Shown: piece by piece, positions 24,731 through 36,938 of the stretch
How the letters are laid out: each line of letters begins with the position of its first letter
Numbering within the stretch: position 1 is the stretch's first letter
From: Squalus acanthias
Lineage: Eukaryota
Assembly (NCBI GenBank): GCA_030390025.1
Contig: CM059433.1
Span: 26,600,001 to 26,664,000, forward strand
Reading direction: 5' to 3'
DNA: 64,000 bases
The notes under the pieces: generated by a model
What the model saw: only the letters and a program-made list of their open reading frames with translations
Told to the model about the DNA's origin: nothing
Databases searched by the model: none
Program-made: the position numbers and the translations under genes

Positions 24731-25479
24731 GCAGGCATTCACATTGAAGATTTGCTGTCTGTGGCCGCACACCAACTGGACATTAAGTGTCTGGTAGCCT
24801 TTGCGGTTACGGAAGATCTCAGGATTGTTATGCGGTGCCCGCAAAGTCACATGGGTAACGTCAATGGCACCCTGCACCATGGGGAATCCCGCCATCCTGT
24901 CAAAACCACATGCAAGCTCATTCTACTTCTCTCTGGTGATGGGGAAGGAAATGTAGTCCCTTCTCCTACTGTAGAGAGCCTCTGTGACCTTCCCGATGCA
25001 GCGATGGACGGCGAACTGCGAGATGTTACCTATATCTCCTGTTGCAGACTGGAATGATCCGCTAGCGAAGAAATTGAGGCCGGCGGTGACCTTGACTGCC
25101 ACTGGGATAGCCATCCCCATCCTGGTCTGAGGCTCGAGGTCTGGTTGCAGGAGGTGGCAGAGTTCTGTGACCACCTCCTTGCTGAAACAGAACCTTCTAA
25201 GACACTGCTCCTCGCTTAATTGGAGGTAGGAGAAGTGCTCTCGAAAGACCCTCGGAGGGTAAGACCTCCTGTTGAGAGCCCTGATGGCCCTCCTCCTCCT
25301 TCTGGCCACATGTTCCAGTCTTTCTCGCTGCCTCTGCTCCCTCTGCCATAGATCCTGGAGGGCCAGGTCGACTGCCAGTACAGCCCCATTAATATAACCA
25401 AGTATAGCACTTTGATAAGTTGTGAGAATAAATGTAACTAATTTTTAGCAGCCACAACACTCTGGAGACAAAACAACCT

Positions 25480-26475
25480 TTTTTTAATTCATTCATGGGA
25501 TGTGGGCATCGCTGGCAAAGCCAGCATTTATTGCCCATCCCTAATTGCCCTTGAGAAGCTGGTGGTGAGCCACCTTCTTGAACCGCTGCAGTCCATGTGG
25601 TGAAGGTACTCTCACAGTGCTGTTAGGTAGGGAGTTCTAGGATTTTGACCAGTGACGATGAAGGAACAGTGATATATTTCCAAGTCAGGATGGTGTGTGA
25701 CTTGAAAGGGAACTTGGAGGTGGTGGTGTTCCCATGCGCCTGCTGCCCTTGTCCTTCTAGGTGGTAGAAGTCGCGGGTTTGGGAGGTGCTGCCAAAGAAG
25801 CCTTGGCGAGTTGCTGCAGTGCATCTTGTAGATGGTACACACTACAGCCACGGTACGCCGGTGGTGGAGGGAGTGAATATTTAAGGTTGTGGATCGGGTG
25901 CCAATCAAGCGGGCTGCTTTGTCCTGGATGGTGTCGAGCTTCTTGAGTGTTGTTGGAGCTGCACGCATCCAGGCAAGTGGAGAGTATTCCATCACACTCC
26001 TTACTTGTGCCTTGTAGATGGTGAAAAGGCTTTGGGGAGTCAGGAGGTGAGACACTCGCCGCAGAATACCTCGCCTCTGACCTGCTCTTGTTGCCACAGT
26101 ATTTATGTGGCTGGTCCAGTTAAATTTCTGGTCAATGGTGACCCCCAGGATGTTGATGGTGGGGGATTCGGTGATGGTAATGCCATTGAATGTCAAGGGG
26201 CGGTGGTTAGACTCTCGCTTGTTGGAGATAGCCATTGCCTGGCACTTGTGTGGTACGAATGTTACCTGCCACTTATCAGCCCAAGCCTGAATGTCATCCA
26301 GGTCTTGTTGCATGTGGACATGGACTGCGTCATTATCTGAGAAGTTGCAAATGGCACTGAACACTGTGCAGTCATCAGCGAACATCCCCATTTCTGACCT
26401 TATGTTGGAGGGAAGGTCATTGATGAAGCAGCTGAAGATGGTTGGGCATAGGACACTGCCCTGAGGAACTCCTTA
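25480..26475 (-). mobile_element. LINE family B 3' fragment nested in the Harbinger
   Basis: 259-aa ORF MFADDCTV..YKAQVRSVMEYSPLAW; same family as 12703-15930. Confidence 0.88.
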
Positions 26476-27499
26476 AATGACTGTGCAACAGTTTAATTCA
26501 ATGTCAAACTGACAAGGAAGCAGTGAAACAGCACTAACCTGAGAACTGCAATTCATTACTCATGATCCCTTTAAGTCGCGCCCCTGGAGCCAGCTACCGC
26601 CTGCTTCATGTTGAATGCGCACTGACGTCACGATCTGCCTGGCGCTGAAGTCCCCGGTGCTAACTCATAGCGGCAGCACTATGGGGGGGGGGGGTGAATT
26701 TGGCGTGTGGTGCTGGATTCGCCTCGCTGCAGCGCTATTACCTCAGCGCCCCGTTAGCGCCCCCACCAGGCGCGAACTGGAGGCGCTAAGTTATTGAATT
26801 TCTCCCCCAAAGTATTAGTATGCAGGTACAGCAAGCAATTAGGAAGGGAAATGGTATATTGGCCTTTATTGCAATGGGGTAAGGACATGTTGCTACAATT
26901 GTACAGGACTTTGGTGAGGCCACACCTGGAGTACTGTGAACAGTTTTGGTCTCCTTATCTGAGGAAGGACATACTGAGGAACATTCACTAGATTGATTCC
27001 TGGAATGAGAGGGTTGTCCTATGAGGAGAGATTGAGTAGATTGGGCCTATACTCTCTGGAGTTTAGAAGAATGAGAGATGATCTCATTGAAACATATAAA
27101 ATTCTGAAGGGATTGACAGAGTAGATGGTAAGAGGTTGTTTCCCCTGGCTGGAGATTCTAGAACTCGGGCCATAGTCTCAGGATAAGGGGTCAGCCATTT
27201 AAGACTGAGATGAGGAGGAATTTCTTCACTTGGAGGGTTATGAATCTTTGGAATTCTCTACCCCAAAGGGCTGTGGATGCTGAGTCATTGAGTATATTCA
27301 AGGCTGAGATAGATAGATTTTTGGACTCTAGGGGAATCAAGGGATATGGAGATCAGGTGGGAAAGTGGAGTTGAGGTCGAGGGGCCATATGGCCTACTCC
27401 TATTCCTAGTTCTTATGTTCTTATGTTCTTACGCTACCTAGGAAACATCCTGGCAAAATGACCTTGATTTAATATTAAACTGTGCTGATTGCAACATAG

Positions 27500-27618
27500 G
27501 AGGTGAAATTGATCTTCACCAGTAGCCCATTTTACATGGCGCCCGGTTTTCTTTTCTATTTGGCTGCCGATTCGCTACGAACACGTTTCATGTTACTGGT
27601 GAAGACCAGTTTCACCCC
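27500..27618. mobile_element. Small palindromic MITE
   Basis: GAGGTGAAATTGATCTTCACCAGTA...TACTGGTGAAGACCAGTTTCACCCC. Confidence 0.6.
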
Positions 27619-27830
27619 TATTCACAACATACTTTCAGTATGTTCTTTACAACCTGGTGACATCTTAATTTTTTCTCTTCAAAATTCACAAGCTAGACAC
27701 TGTAGCCTGAATATTCAGATCAGGGCCACCCAATTTACACCCATAGATCAGGTAAACCCAATTGGAAAAGTGGGTGGTAATCCACTACACCTGATCTTCA
27801 CCCACTGTTTTTATGTGGGCAAATGTTTTA

Positions 27831-28050
27831 GCCGGTTTACACATGGCAGGATCCCGCAAACAGTAAATGACTGAATATTTTTTCAAATGATGGATGTAGG
27901 AATGTTGGCCAGGGTACCAGGAGAACTCCATACTCTTCTTTGAATAGAGACATGGGGTCTTTTATGTTCACCTGACCAAGCAAATTGTGCATGAGATGGC
28001 ACCTCCAAAAATGGAGCACTCCCTCAGCACTGCTCTGAAGTCTTAGCCTA
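27831..28050 (-). mobile_element. Diverged DeuSINE fragment
   Basis: Homologous to the Deu domain of the SINE at 45640-46092. Confidence 0.7.
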
Positions 28051-28054
28051 GGTT

Positions 28055-28452
28055 TTACATAGGATTACATAGGATATACGGCACAGAAACAGGCCATTCG
28101 GCCCAACCAGTCCATGCCGGCGTTTATGCTCCACTCAAGCCTCCTCCCGTCTTTCCTCATCTAAATCTATCAGCATAACCCTCTATTCCCTTCTCCCTCA
28201 TATGCTTGTCCAGCCTCCCCTTAAATGCATCCATACTATTTGCTGCAGCCACTCTTGTGGTAGCGAGTTCCACATTCTCACCACTCTTTGGGTAAAGAAG
28301 TTTCTTCTGAATTCCCTATTGGATTTCTTGTTGACTATCTTATATTGATGGCCTCTAGTTATGCTCTTCCCTACAAGTGGAAACATTCTCTCTGTATCCA
28401 CTCTATCAAAACCTTTCATAATTTTAAAGACCTCTATTAGGTCACCCCTCAG
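28055..28452 (-). mobile_element. CR1 3' end
   Basis: LRGDLIEVFKIMKG..RRNFFTQRVVRMWNSLP and an (atcctatgta)n tail. Confidence 0.85.
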
Positions 28453-28858
28453 CTTTGTGCTTATATAGTTGGTCTTAATCCAACAACAGTCTAACTCAGC
28501 AGCGAAAGTGCTATTAATTGAGCCAAACTGATCCATATTGAAGCATTTGCAGCTCTATTGTCACTGGAAGATGATCTGAGACATACTGCCCATTTAGGAG
28601 CTCAATCTCTTCTGTTAATATATTTATTTGTTTATTCCAGCCACTTCACCATCTTTACTGTTGCATAAATTCACATGCATTTCCTGAGAGAAATAAAGTG
28701 CTTCTCATTTGACAAAATATTTTTTTTGTCACTGAAAGCAACAGTATTCAACTTTATTAAGCTCCAACTTTAACCACATGCATATATTCCTCTTAATACA
28801 GGGGCAGGTGAATTATAAGCTCAAGTTATTGAAGTACAGTAACATGCTGCAACATATT

Positions 28859-29562
28859 GGCCCAAAACTTGCGATCGGAGGCTCCCCGTGGGCGGATGCC
28901 TCCAGCCTGTAAAAAATCTACGCATTTACCAGGTGGCCCGGGAGATACGGAGGGTTGCGATTCTGGGCCTCTCCGGGTACCCGCGGGCAGAGGCCCACGT
29001 ATCCCAGGGGCGCAGGCTGTCCGCAAGTGCCCCTGGGATCACGTGGGCCGGCCCAACCAATAAAAGAAGGGAATCCCCATTCATACTTATGTATGGAACT
29101 CCCATAAGTATGAATGGGGATCACTTAAAAAATACACGAACACATGAAATAAATTTTTTAAAATTACATATTTAAAATTAATTAAAAGGCCATTTAATTA
29201 AATATTTTAAACAAAAATGTAATTTTTTAAACTTTTTTTAATATGTTTTAACGGAGCTAAAAATAAACTTACCTTATTGGACAGGGTTTTTAATGTACAA
29301 ATGAGTGATAAAATTTTATTTTTCTATCTTTTAAAACTCTTATGCTGGTACAAGCAGGCCTTACACCTGCTTTTACCAGGCGTAAGAATTTGACAGGCAT
29401 TCAGCAGGCGGAAGTTGGGCAAAAAGTGTAACTCTCCACCCTTCTCCCGGGGATGCGGAGGATCTGTCAAGAAGATTCTTGACAGATGCAAGTTCCGGGT
29501 TTTAGCGCCTATGGGCACGTACACACCTCGTACACACCCGTGGGGGTCGCAAAATACGGCCC
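28859..29562. mobile_element. Harbinger-type MITE (family A)
   Basis: Ends GGCCCAAAACTTGCGA/TCGCAAAATACGGCCC; same internal layout as 11814-12529 in reverse. Confidence 0.82.
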
Positions 29563-29796
29563 AGTAAATCAAAGCCAGTGCCCTGCTTTTTCACTGACAG
29601 GGCTAAAATACCTAAAGCTTTTCATTCATTCAACTTTCAAGGGTAATTGCCAAATTTGCATTAAAACTCTGGTTGTACCTGGAGGCAGCTCCATTTCACA
29701 TTGATCCAGGTGTCAGGGAAATAAATTTGAAGCTGCTCTGTTCAGGTTATGCACACAGCTGGGCGACTATCAGTAAACTTAAGTGATTACATTTAA

Positions 29797-30543
29797 GGGG
29801 GAGTTTTAATTCCCAGGCTGTCAATCAGTGGAACAGCAGGCAGTGGGAGACCTGGTCCATTTTAATGGCTGGGCCTTATTTAAATGCAGCCAACAAGCTG
29901 CCCACCCAAAATGGGTGTACAGAAGGAGCTTTCTGGTTCCAGCTGGCACAATATCAAGTGCTCCATTTTTGGAGGTGCCGTCTCATGCACAATCTGCTTG
30001 GTCAGGTGGACATAAAAGACCCCATGGCTCTATTCAAAGAAGAGCATGGAGTTCTCCTGGTACCCTGGCCAACATTCCTACGTCCATCGTTTGAAAAAAT
30101 ATTCAGTCATTTACTGTTTGCGGGATCTTGCTATGTGTAAACCGGCAGTCAGATAAGTTGTCGAGGGGGTGGGGTTCGGGAGGGTACTGGGAGTGAGGAA
30201 GGGTGGGAGCCCAGGGTGGCAGGGGCCCAGATTTTCTTTGTGGGGCCTCTGGGAGCACTTCTGCTCCTCTTGGCTGCTCAGAAATAAGTTTTGACCTTAC
30301 TATTTGGTACCTCCACTGGGTGTCTGGCAGCTTCTACTGAGTGGAGCACACACGGTGGTTGGTCCATTCACTCGGCCAGTAAAATGGCTTGAAGGTCCTA
30401 TCTAAGTGATAGGATCCCGACTTCATGAAGCTCCCGCTTGAGTAAGGAAGGAGCCTCAGCCGTTCAGCTTTAAAATAGCCACAAAACGGTAAAAGTTTTG
30501 ATTTTAACTCCCGTACCACCCGGCAGAGGGAATCAAAGTCCCC
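29797..30543. mobile_element. Degenerate MITE carrying a captured DeuSINE piece (29957-30146)
   Basis: Ends GGGGGAGTTTTAATTCCC/GGGAATCAAAGTCCCC. Confidence 0.55.
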
Positions 30544-32078
30544 ACCTTGTGAGATTCAGCATCTGGAACCAAAGTGGTTAAAAACTTTGAAAGAGCAGCA
30601 GCTTTTAAAAAAATGTATTCATTCATTCACAGGATGTGGGCATCGCTGGCAAGGCCAGCATTTATTGCCCATCCCTATTGCCCAATGTCAGGATGCTTGC
30701 TTAATAGTTTGTCAGCCCTGCCCACCACCAAAACTGTGCTATCCACAGACTTTGTTTCCTACTGCCTACTATTTGTATCAGCTAAAACCACTGACTTCGG
30801 CTACTTTGGGTGATCTATACCCAGTGCTGATCCACTTGCTGGTTTACATTGTGGTTTTGCCCATTTGACTTCATCACTGAACAACGTTTCTTGTGGGATG
30901 AGTGCTTCTGTTGGGTTATTTGTGCAGGTTTAATCTGGTGCAGATTACATTGCAAGTTTGTGGCATAATTTCTGAGGTTTATGTTTGCTTCTTTTACTTG
31001 GAAAATAAATGAAATTCAGCTGTTGAGTTGGTAAACTGGAGCAATGGCATTTGTTTCACTGGATACCAGGAACTCATTAAAGTCCTACTTTGGACCAACA
31101 AGGGTGATCAGCATTGAAGTATCATGCTCTCCCCCCCACACCCCACAATCCATCTGAGGATATTAAACCCAGGACCAACAGCCTTGGAGGAACATTGCTG
31201 TAATTGACCTAAAAGTCAGTGTGGTATGCCTGAGCTGACCTGACCCACTGTACTGTTAAGAGGTACAAGTTAATATTGTCCCAGTATATGCCTGAGATAA
31301 TCAGATCTGTAGTTGCCTAAGGAGAATTATAGAGGGATCAAAGAGATGGCTGGAGTTTCCTACAAATCAGTAGGGAGAGCGCATGGACACGATATGCCAG
31401 GAAACTGGGTCACACATCATGAGAGTATGGAGTATTGCAGAGGGTACATCTTGTAGTTCCTAACAGTTTCTTCATGCAGATACAGAGATTTCCATTGTTC
31501 TTCTGTATGTAATAAAATCCTTGTTAGAGAATTTGTTGTTTAGGAGAGTTATTCTATGCCAATCCTTCAGGGACTTTGAAGTTGGCAGGACACTACACTA
31601 TAATTAGATCATGACATTTCCTACTTCCATACATTTTTCAATTTAAATACTAATCTGAGATAATGTTAGCTGTCAATGCCTTACATACAGTAAAGGGTGC
31701 TGTACAAGTCAAAACCTTAATCATAGGAATGTTATAAATTACAACGGTGTCAATTACATTGCTGTATAAATTGTTCCTTTATATTCCCATCAAAAATAGA
31801 TTTGTTCTACACATCAATTATATTTCACAAGTAAGCTTGACAGCTTGCTACACTTTCCAAGTAAATAATCTCTCAGAAATATTACTACTCTAGTTCAGGG
31901 CATCTCTGTGGGAGTGGAAAGCGACTATCGTAAGTTCAGGTTTTCAGTGCACTGTGTTTCCTGTTAAGCGATTTCTGGGATGCTATATCCAGGAAATTTA
32001 CTATCCCGTAAATCGTCCATGAATGCCAAGGGTCAGTAGCTCCAGTGCACTTGATAATATAATCTAATGGCACACATT

Positions 32079-32850
32079 GGGCCAGATCTTGCGGAAAAAA
32101 TAAAGGTTAATTTGGAAACTTTATAAAATTTGAAGAGATCGCTGTGCACTTCTGGATTGGGTGGGCTGCACACACCTAGAAGAGATCCAATGGGCCAAAT
32201 CCTCCTGGAAAAATAAAGGTGAGTTCGCGATGCACACTGTTATTAATACACATCAGCCAGCAAGTTCAGGGGATTAAGAGATACGCCGTGAGTTGCGAAT
32301 CTCCAGAACGTGCTGGTCAAATTGCATCACTCCACCGTTTGCCTCGCACAAACGGCATCCACTTGCCTCCCCGTTATTTTTAAGATTCTGTTGGATTTGC
32401 ACATTAATTGCCCATTGAACTCACCACCGAAAGTTAGGGTTGGTAATTAACAGTGTAAGTACTTTTAAACAACGTGATAATTGTTAATGCAATGCCAATC
32501 AATTTCTCTGGCCCATAAAGGCAACAATTTAAACTGATGAGTCTCATTCCCACATGATTCTTCTTAGATATTTTTTTAATTAAAAATTTTTACATTACTT
32601 TTCCTCTCTGCCTCTTTTTTTTCTTTCTGTACCTGATTCGACTCTGATTCACCCTCCTTTTCCGTCGTTCCTGTTTCTTTCTCAATCCTTAAATCTCATT
32701 GGTTAAGGAGATAGACTGTTGGTCCCTTCGTTCACTAATGTCCTAGAGGACTCATTACCTGTTATCAGCTCGCACTTCCAGCAACTTACGGCGCAGATTA
32801 TATTCGAGCTGAAGGGTTCAGGAACGCCGCGCTCCAGCAAGATTTGGCCC
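32079..32850. mobile_element. Harbinger-type MITE with a duplicated left end
   Basis: GGGCCAGATCTTGC/GCAAGATTTGGCCC and TSD ATT; second left-end copy at 32192. Confidence 0.75.
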
Positions 32851-33039
32851 ATTATCTCTACTTTCAGTACCAGTTCACTCACAGGATAGAAACAGATGAA
32901 AGACACCATGTGTTCTGGCATAGATCATATATCCACATCAACAAAACATTTACCCTCCTCCTCCGCCGTCCCCCCCCCCCCCACCCCCCCACCCCCCAGC
33001 ATCAATTAGCAGTGTCTTGAATGATGCAAGAGTTCTCAC

Positions 33040-34240
33040 CTCCACTATCTTGGTTTAGAAGATCAGGAAGTAGAATCAGTATGGGTGGAGATAAGAAATA
33101 ACAAGGGGCAGAAAACACTGGTGGGAATAGTTTACAGGCTCCCCTAACAGTAGCTGTACCATTGGACAGAGTATTAACTAACAAATAATAGGAGCTTGTA
33201 ACAAAGGTAATGCAATAATTGTGGGGTACTTTAATCTTCATATAGACTGGGCAAATCAAATTGGTAAAGGTAGTCTGGAGGACAAGTTCATGGAATGCAT
33301 TCGAGACAGTTTCCTAGAACAATATGTTGTGGAACCAACCAGGGAACAGGCTATTTTAGATCTTGTATTGTGTAATGAGACAGGGTTAAATAGTAATCTC
33401 ATAGTAAAGGATCCTCTGGGGAAGAGTGATCATAATCCATTCGCAACTCCTCTGGATGGCATTCAGGCTTGGACTGATAAGTGGCAAGTAACATTCGCGA
33501 CATACAAGTGACAGGCAATGACTATCTCTAACAAGAGAGAGTCTTACCATCGCCAAATCCCCCACCATCAACATCAACATCCTGGGGATCACCATTGACC
33601 GGAAACTTAACTGGACCAGCCACATAAATACTGTGGCTGCAAGAGCAGGTCAGAGGCTGGGTACTCTGTGGCGAGTGACTCACCTCCTGACTCCCCAAAG
33701 CCTTCTACAGGGCACAAGTCAGGAGTGTGATGGAATAATCTCCACTTGCCTGGAAGAGTGCAGCTCCAACAACACTCAAGAGGCTCGACACCATCCAGGA
33801 CAAAGCAGCCCGCTTGATTGGCACCCCATCCACCACCTTAAGCATTCATTCTCTCCACCACCGGTACACCGTGGCTGCAGTATGTACCATCTACAAGATG
33901 CACTGCAGCAACTCGCCAAAGCTTCTTCGGCAGCACCTCCCAAACCGACGACTTCTATCGCCTAGAAAGGACAAGGGCAGCAGGCGCATGGGAACACCAC
34001 CAAGTTCCCCTCCAAGCCACACACCACCCCGACTTGGAAATATATTGCCATCCTTCATCGTCGCTGGGTCAATATCCTGGAATTCCCTACCTAACAGCAC
34101 TGTGGAAGTACCTTCACCACACGGACTGCAGCGGTTCAAGAAGGCAGCTCACCACCAGCTTCTCAAGGGCAATTAGGGATGGGCAATAAATGATGACCTT
34201 GCCAACGACACTCACATCCCGAGAATGAATAAAAATAAAT
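33040..34240 (+). mobile_element. CR1 APE fragment (~33040-33435) abutting a LINE family B 3' end (~33450-34240)
   Basis: EPTREQAILDLVLCN..LGKSDH, followed by QAWTDKWQVTF and the family B tail. Confidence 0.8.
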
Positions 34241-34801
34241 GAGCATATTGAAAGTCGGCTCCTCCCTGAAATAGGTGGGTGCCTGGGCCGCCCACATTAA
34301 AGCTCCAAGAAAATGGCAGTGACCATACCGGGAGATATTGGTCCACTGCCATTCTTGGCTGCCTGTTCCCGCTGGGCGGAGGCTATGAAATTGACCCCAG
34401 TCTGTCGTAGTCCAGGTTAGATTTGTCCCCTTTCTTTGATAAGTTTGCTTACCTTGTTTACAATCCAATGAGACATCCGCAGTATTCAATGTTGGTAGAT
34501 ATACTTATTTCCAGTTCCTTCTTTGCTGATCACCCTTTTGATGTGACTCTGAAATTTTGTATATTCTTCCAAGTAGCTCCCCTTCCCCTACTCTTTGTTA
34601 AGTTCACTTTTATTCTCATTGGTCCATTTAGGATCACAGTTTTGAGAGTAGGCTAATCTTCTGTATGTATTTGTCCTGCACTGATATTTAGATACGTCTG
34701 GATCACTTCAGATTGAAATATCATCAGCAATCTCAGGGGTAATTACTTCGGGACAGTTGTGTCATGTTGTGTCAACAGCAGCTGTTCCTGTTTCTGCCAT
34801 T

Positions 34802-34938
34802 GGGTGTTATTTCCAGTTTCACCGCTTGGGTGGTAATCTGGCAGAGTGGATCACCTGCCCATTATAGAACCCACCCGATTTACATCACATTGATTACCGC
34901 CAGATTACCATCCAGGTGGTAGAGTTGAAAATTACCCC
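34802..34938. mobile_element. Small palindromic MITE
   Basis: Inverted arms gggtggtaatctggc/gccagattaccatcc; end aaaattacccc. Confidence 0.5.
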
Positions 34939-36938
34939 AATTGACTGCTTTGAAATAAATTACAATCTTTTTCAGCCTCCTTACATCCAAGTGTAGTATC
35001 TTTGAATATTAATTTTCATTGGTGTGATTTCATGGCATACCAAGACCTTTGAAGATAATTACTTGGGATAATTTATAACAACCTTGATATATCTGTAGAG
35101 CAACTTTATATTGAAATTTATTCTCGGGTCTGATATTGTCTGACTACAAATCAATGTATTATTGGTCTGGGAAATTGAGAGTTACAGATAGAATTCTAAA
35201 CAGTTTAGTCTACAGGCCTGAGCAAGGTGTTAGATCCAGCAATAGAACTTGGGATAGAAAATTGCCACCCTGATTTTATGAATGGCAGAGGTATGAATGT
35301 GTCTGGTGTGGAAGGATGAAGGGTGAAGCATGAGGCTGCAGAAAGCCTTTGAACATGTGGATCAATGCAGAATGGAGTGAAATACCCTGGATGTAAAGCA
35401 AGGCTTTACTTGCTAACACTTTATTTACTTTTTTGCTGTTCTATTTATTTTGGAAAATTTTAATTCTTTGCCTCAAATTTTCGATGTTTGAACTTAGATG
35501 TAGTTCTATGTTCTTGATTCATATTTTGAATTGTGTTAGGTCTTTCTGAATTCTCATGCTAGCGTAAACTTAATCCAATTATGTACACCAGCATATGCAT
35601 GCTATGAAGTGTGCAAACATATTTTAAAGTCAGAATATGACTATGTTCTCCAAAAATGCCAGACTAAAAATTGGGAAGGCTTTTTGTTTAAAGCATGTTG
35701 TATTTGTCAATTAATGAGGGCACTATAATGCAACGGCCTATGTCACATTCTGCAGTTTGAGGTCAGGTTAAATTAACTGACCTGTTCTAGGACACCAGCT
35801 TCCCTTGGTCGAATTTAGTGTAACCCCTACTTTGTCTACTTCTGAAAAGCTGTTTCCATTTGTGCTAGTGAGGAGTAACATTGTTATGCTGAGCTTCTGT
35901 CAATATCTTTCCTGTTCTGTTCATAAAGCCTTTTTTTGGGACTTATTTGTTTTGAATTGAACAATTTTCTTTTGTTCTAACACACAGCCATTGCTCATGG
36001 TTGAGGAACTGCTGTCAGTGCTGTCAACATTGGGCAAATCCTAGGTGTGAAATTTTCATTTGTGAGCCTTTCACTCGTGCCAAAAACATAAATGTGTGGC
36101 GAAAAGCAGAAAGGTAATTCTGTTACATGAGCTGCAAGGGATGGGCAAGTGGGATTAATGTGTTTCTCGCCCTCCTTCTTTATTCTTCTTTCTCTTTCCT
36201 GTCACTTAATTTCTTTCACTTTCAAACCAAGCGAAATGCTGAGCAAAGGCTATACATGCAGGAGATTGTGATCCTCAGGCAGTAGGGTGCAAATCATGAT
36301 CTCCTCCATAAGTCTCCCACCAAATGTGGGCGGATTAGTAGGCCTGCCATTTATCTGAGGGATCCTGGTCTATCCAACAGCATGGATACAGCATTCAGCA
36401 TTTTATTCTCAGACTTAAACCCATTTAAAAACAAAGGGCAAGAAGTGATAGGAATGGAACCCAGAAGGAATGCAGGTTTTGTACATTGAGACTCTAACAG
36501 TTGACAGCACTGTGATCTTTTAAAATATCATTCAGTTCTTTGTTCACTAGGCTGAGAGATAACAGGGCTAAGAAATGGAACATTATTCACACCTGGTGGC
36601 AGCAAATACTCCCAGGTCAAATGCAATGTGAGATTCCCTCTATGTTATTCTGACAGTGAAGTGCAGCTTAACCCCTAACCTTAGAATAGTAATCCTTTTT
36701 GCACGAATGTTATATTTCTTTTCAATACCCTCTCTATTTTAATGTCCTGTCCAAGCTGCATTGCTGAATTAATATTTGTTAGTGAGACATTTCTGGCAAT
36801 TTGTCCTATGGATGGATATTGCAGGGTAATGAATCAAGATGGCTGGAAATAATTTTTCTTGTTATCAATAACAGCTGATAGAAAATAAAGTCCTCCCAAG
36901 TCTCTATCCGAGCAGGATATTTAACTATAGAGAGACAG

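Larger units (their letters stand above)
21109..25410 (-). pseudogene. Harbinger DDE transposase interrupted by CR1
   Basis: GFPMVQGAIDVTH...VNAC|YPGSSHDAFIL joins across the CR1. [22 protein letters not shown] and LHNLAI are present; the GDKGY motif is deleted. Confidence 0.88.
18803..26808. mobile_element. Formerly autonomous PIF/Harbinger transposon (convergent Myb-like and transposase genes) with nested LINEs
   Basis: TIR GGAGGAGAAATTCA/TGAATTTCTCCCCC. Both Harbinger genes are present. Confidence 0.9.
18280..27430 (+). mobile_element. CR1 3' half (~18280-18802 and 26809-~27430) split by an 8-kb Harbinger
   Basis: YLDFQKAFDKVPH and SKFADDTKLGG before the insertion; LYRTLVRPHLEYC and a (ttcttatg)n tail after it. 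Confidence 0.88.
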
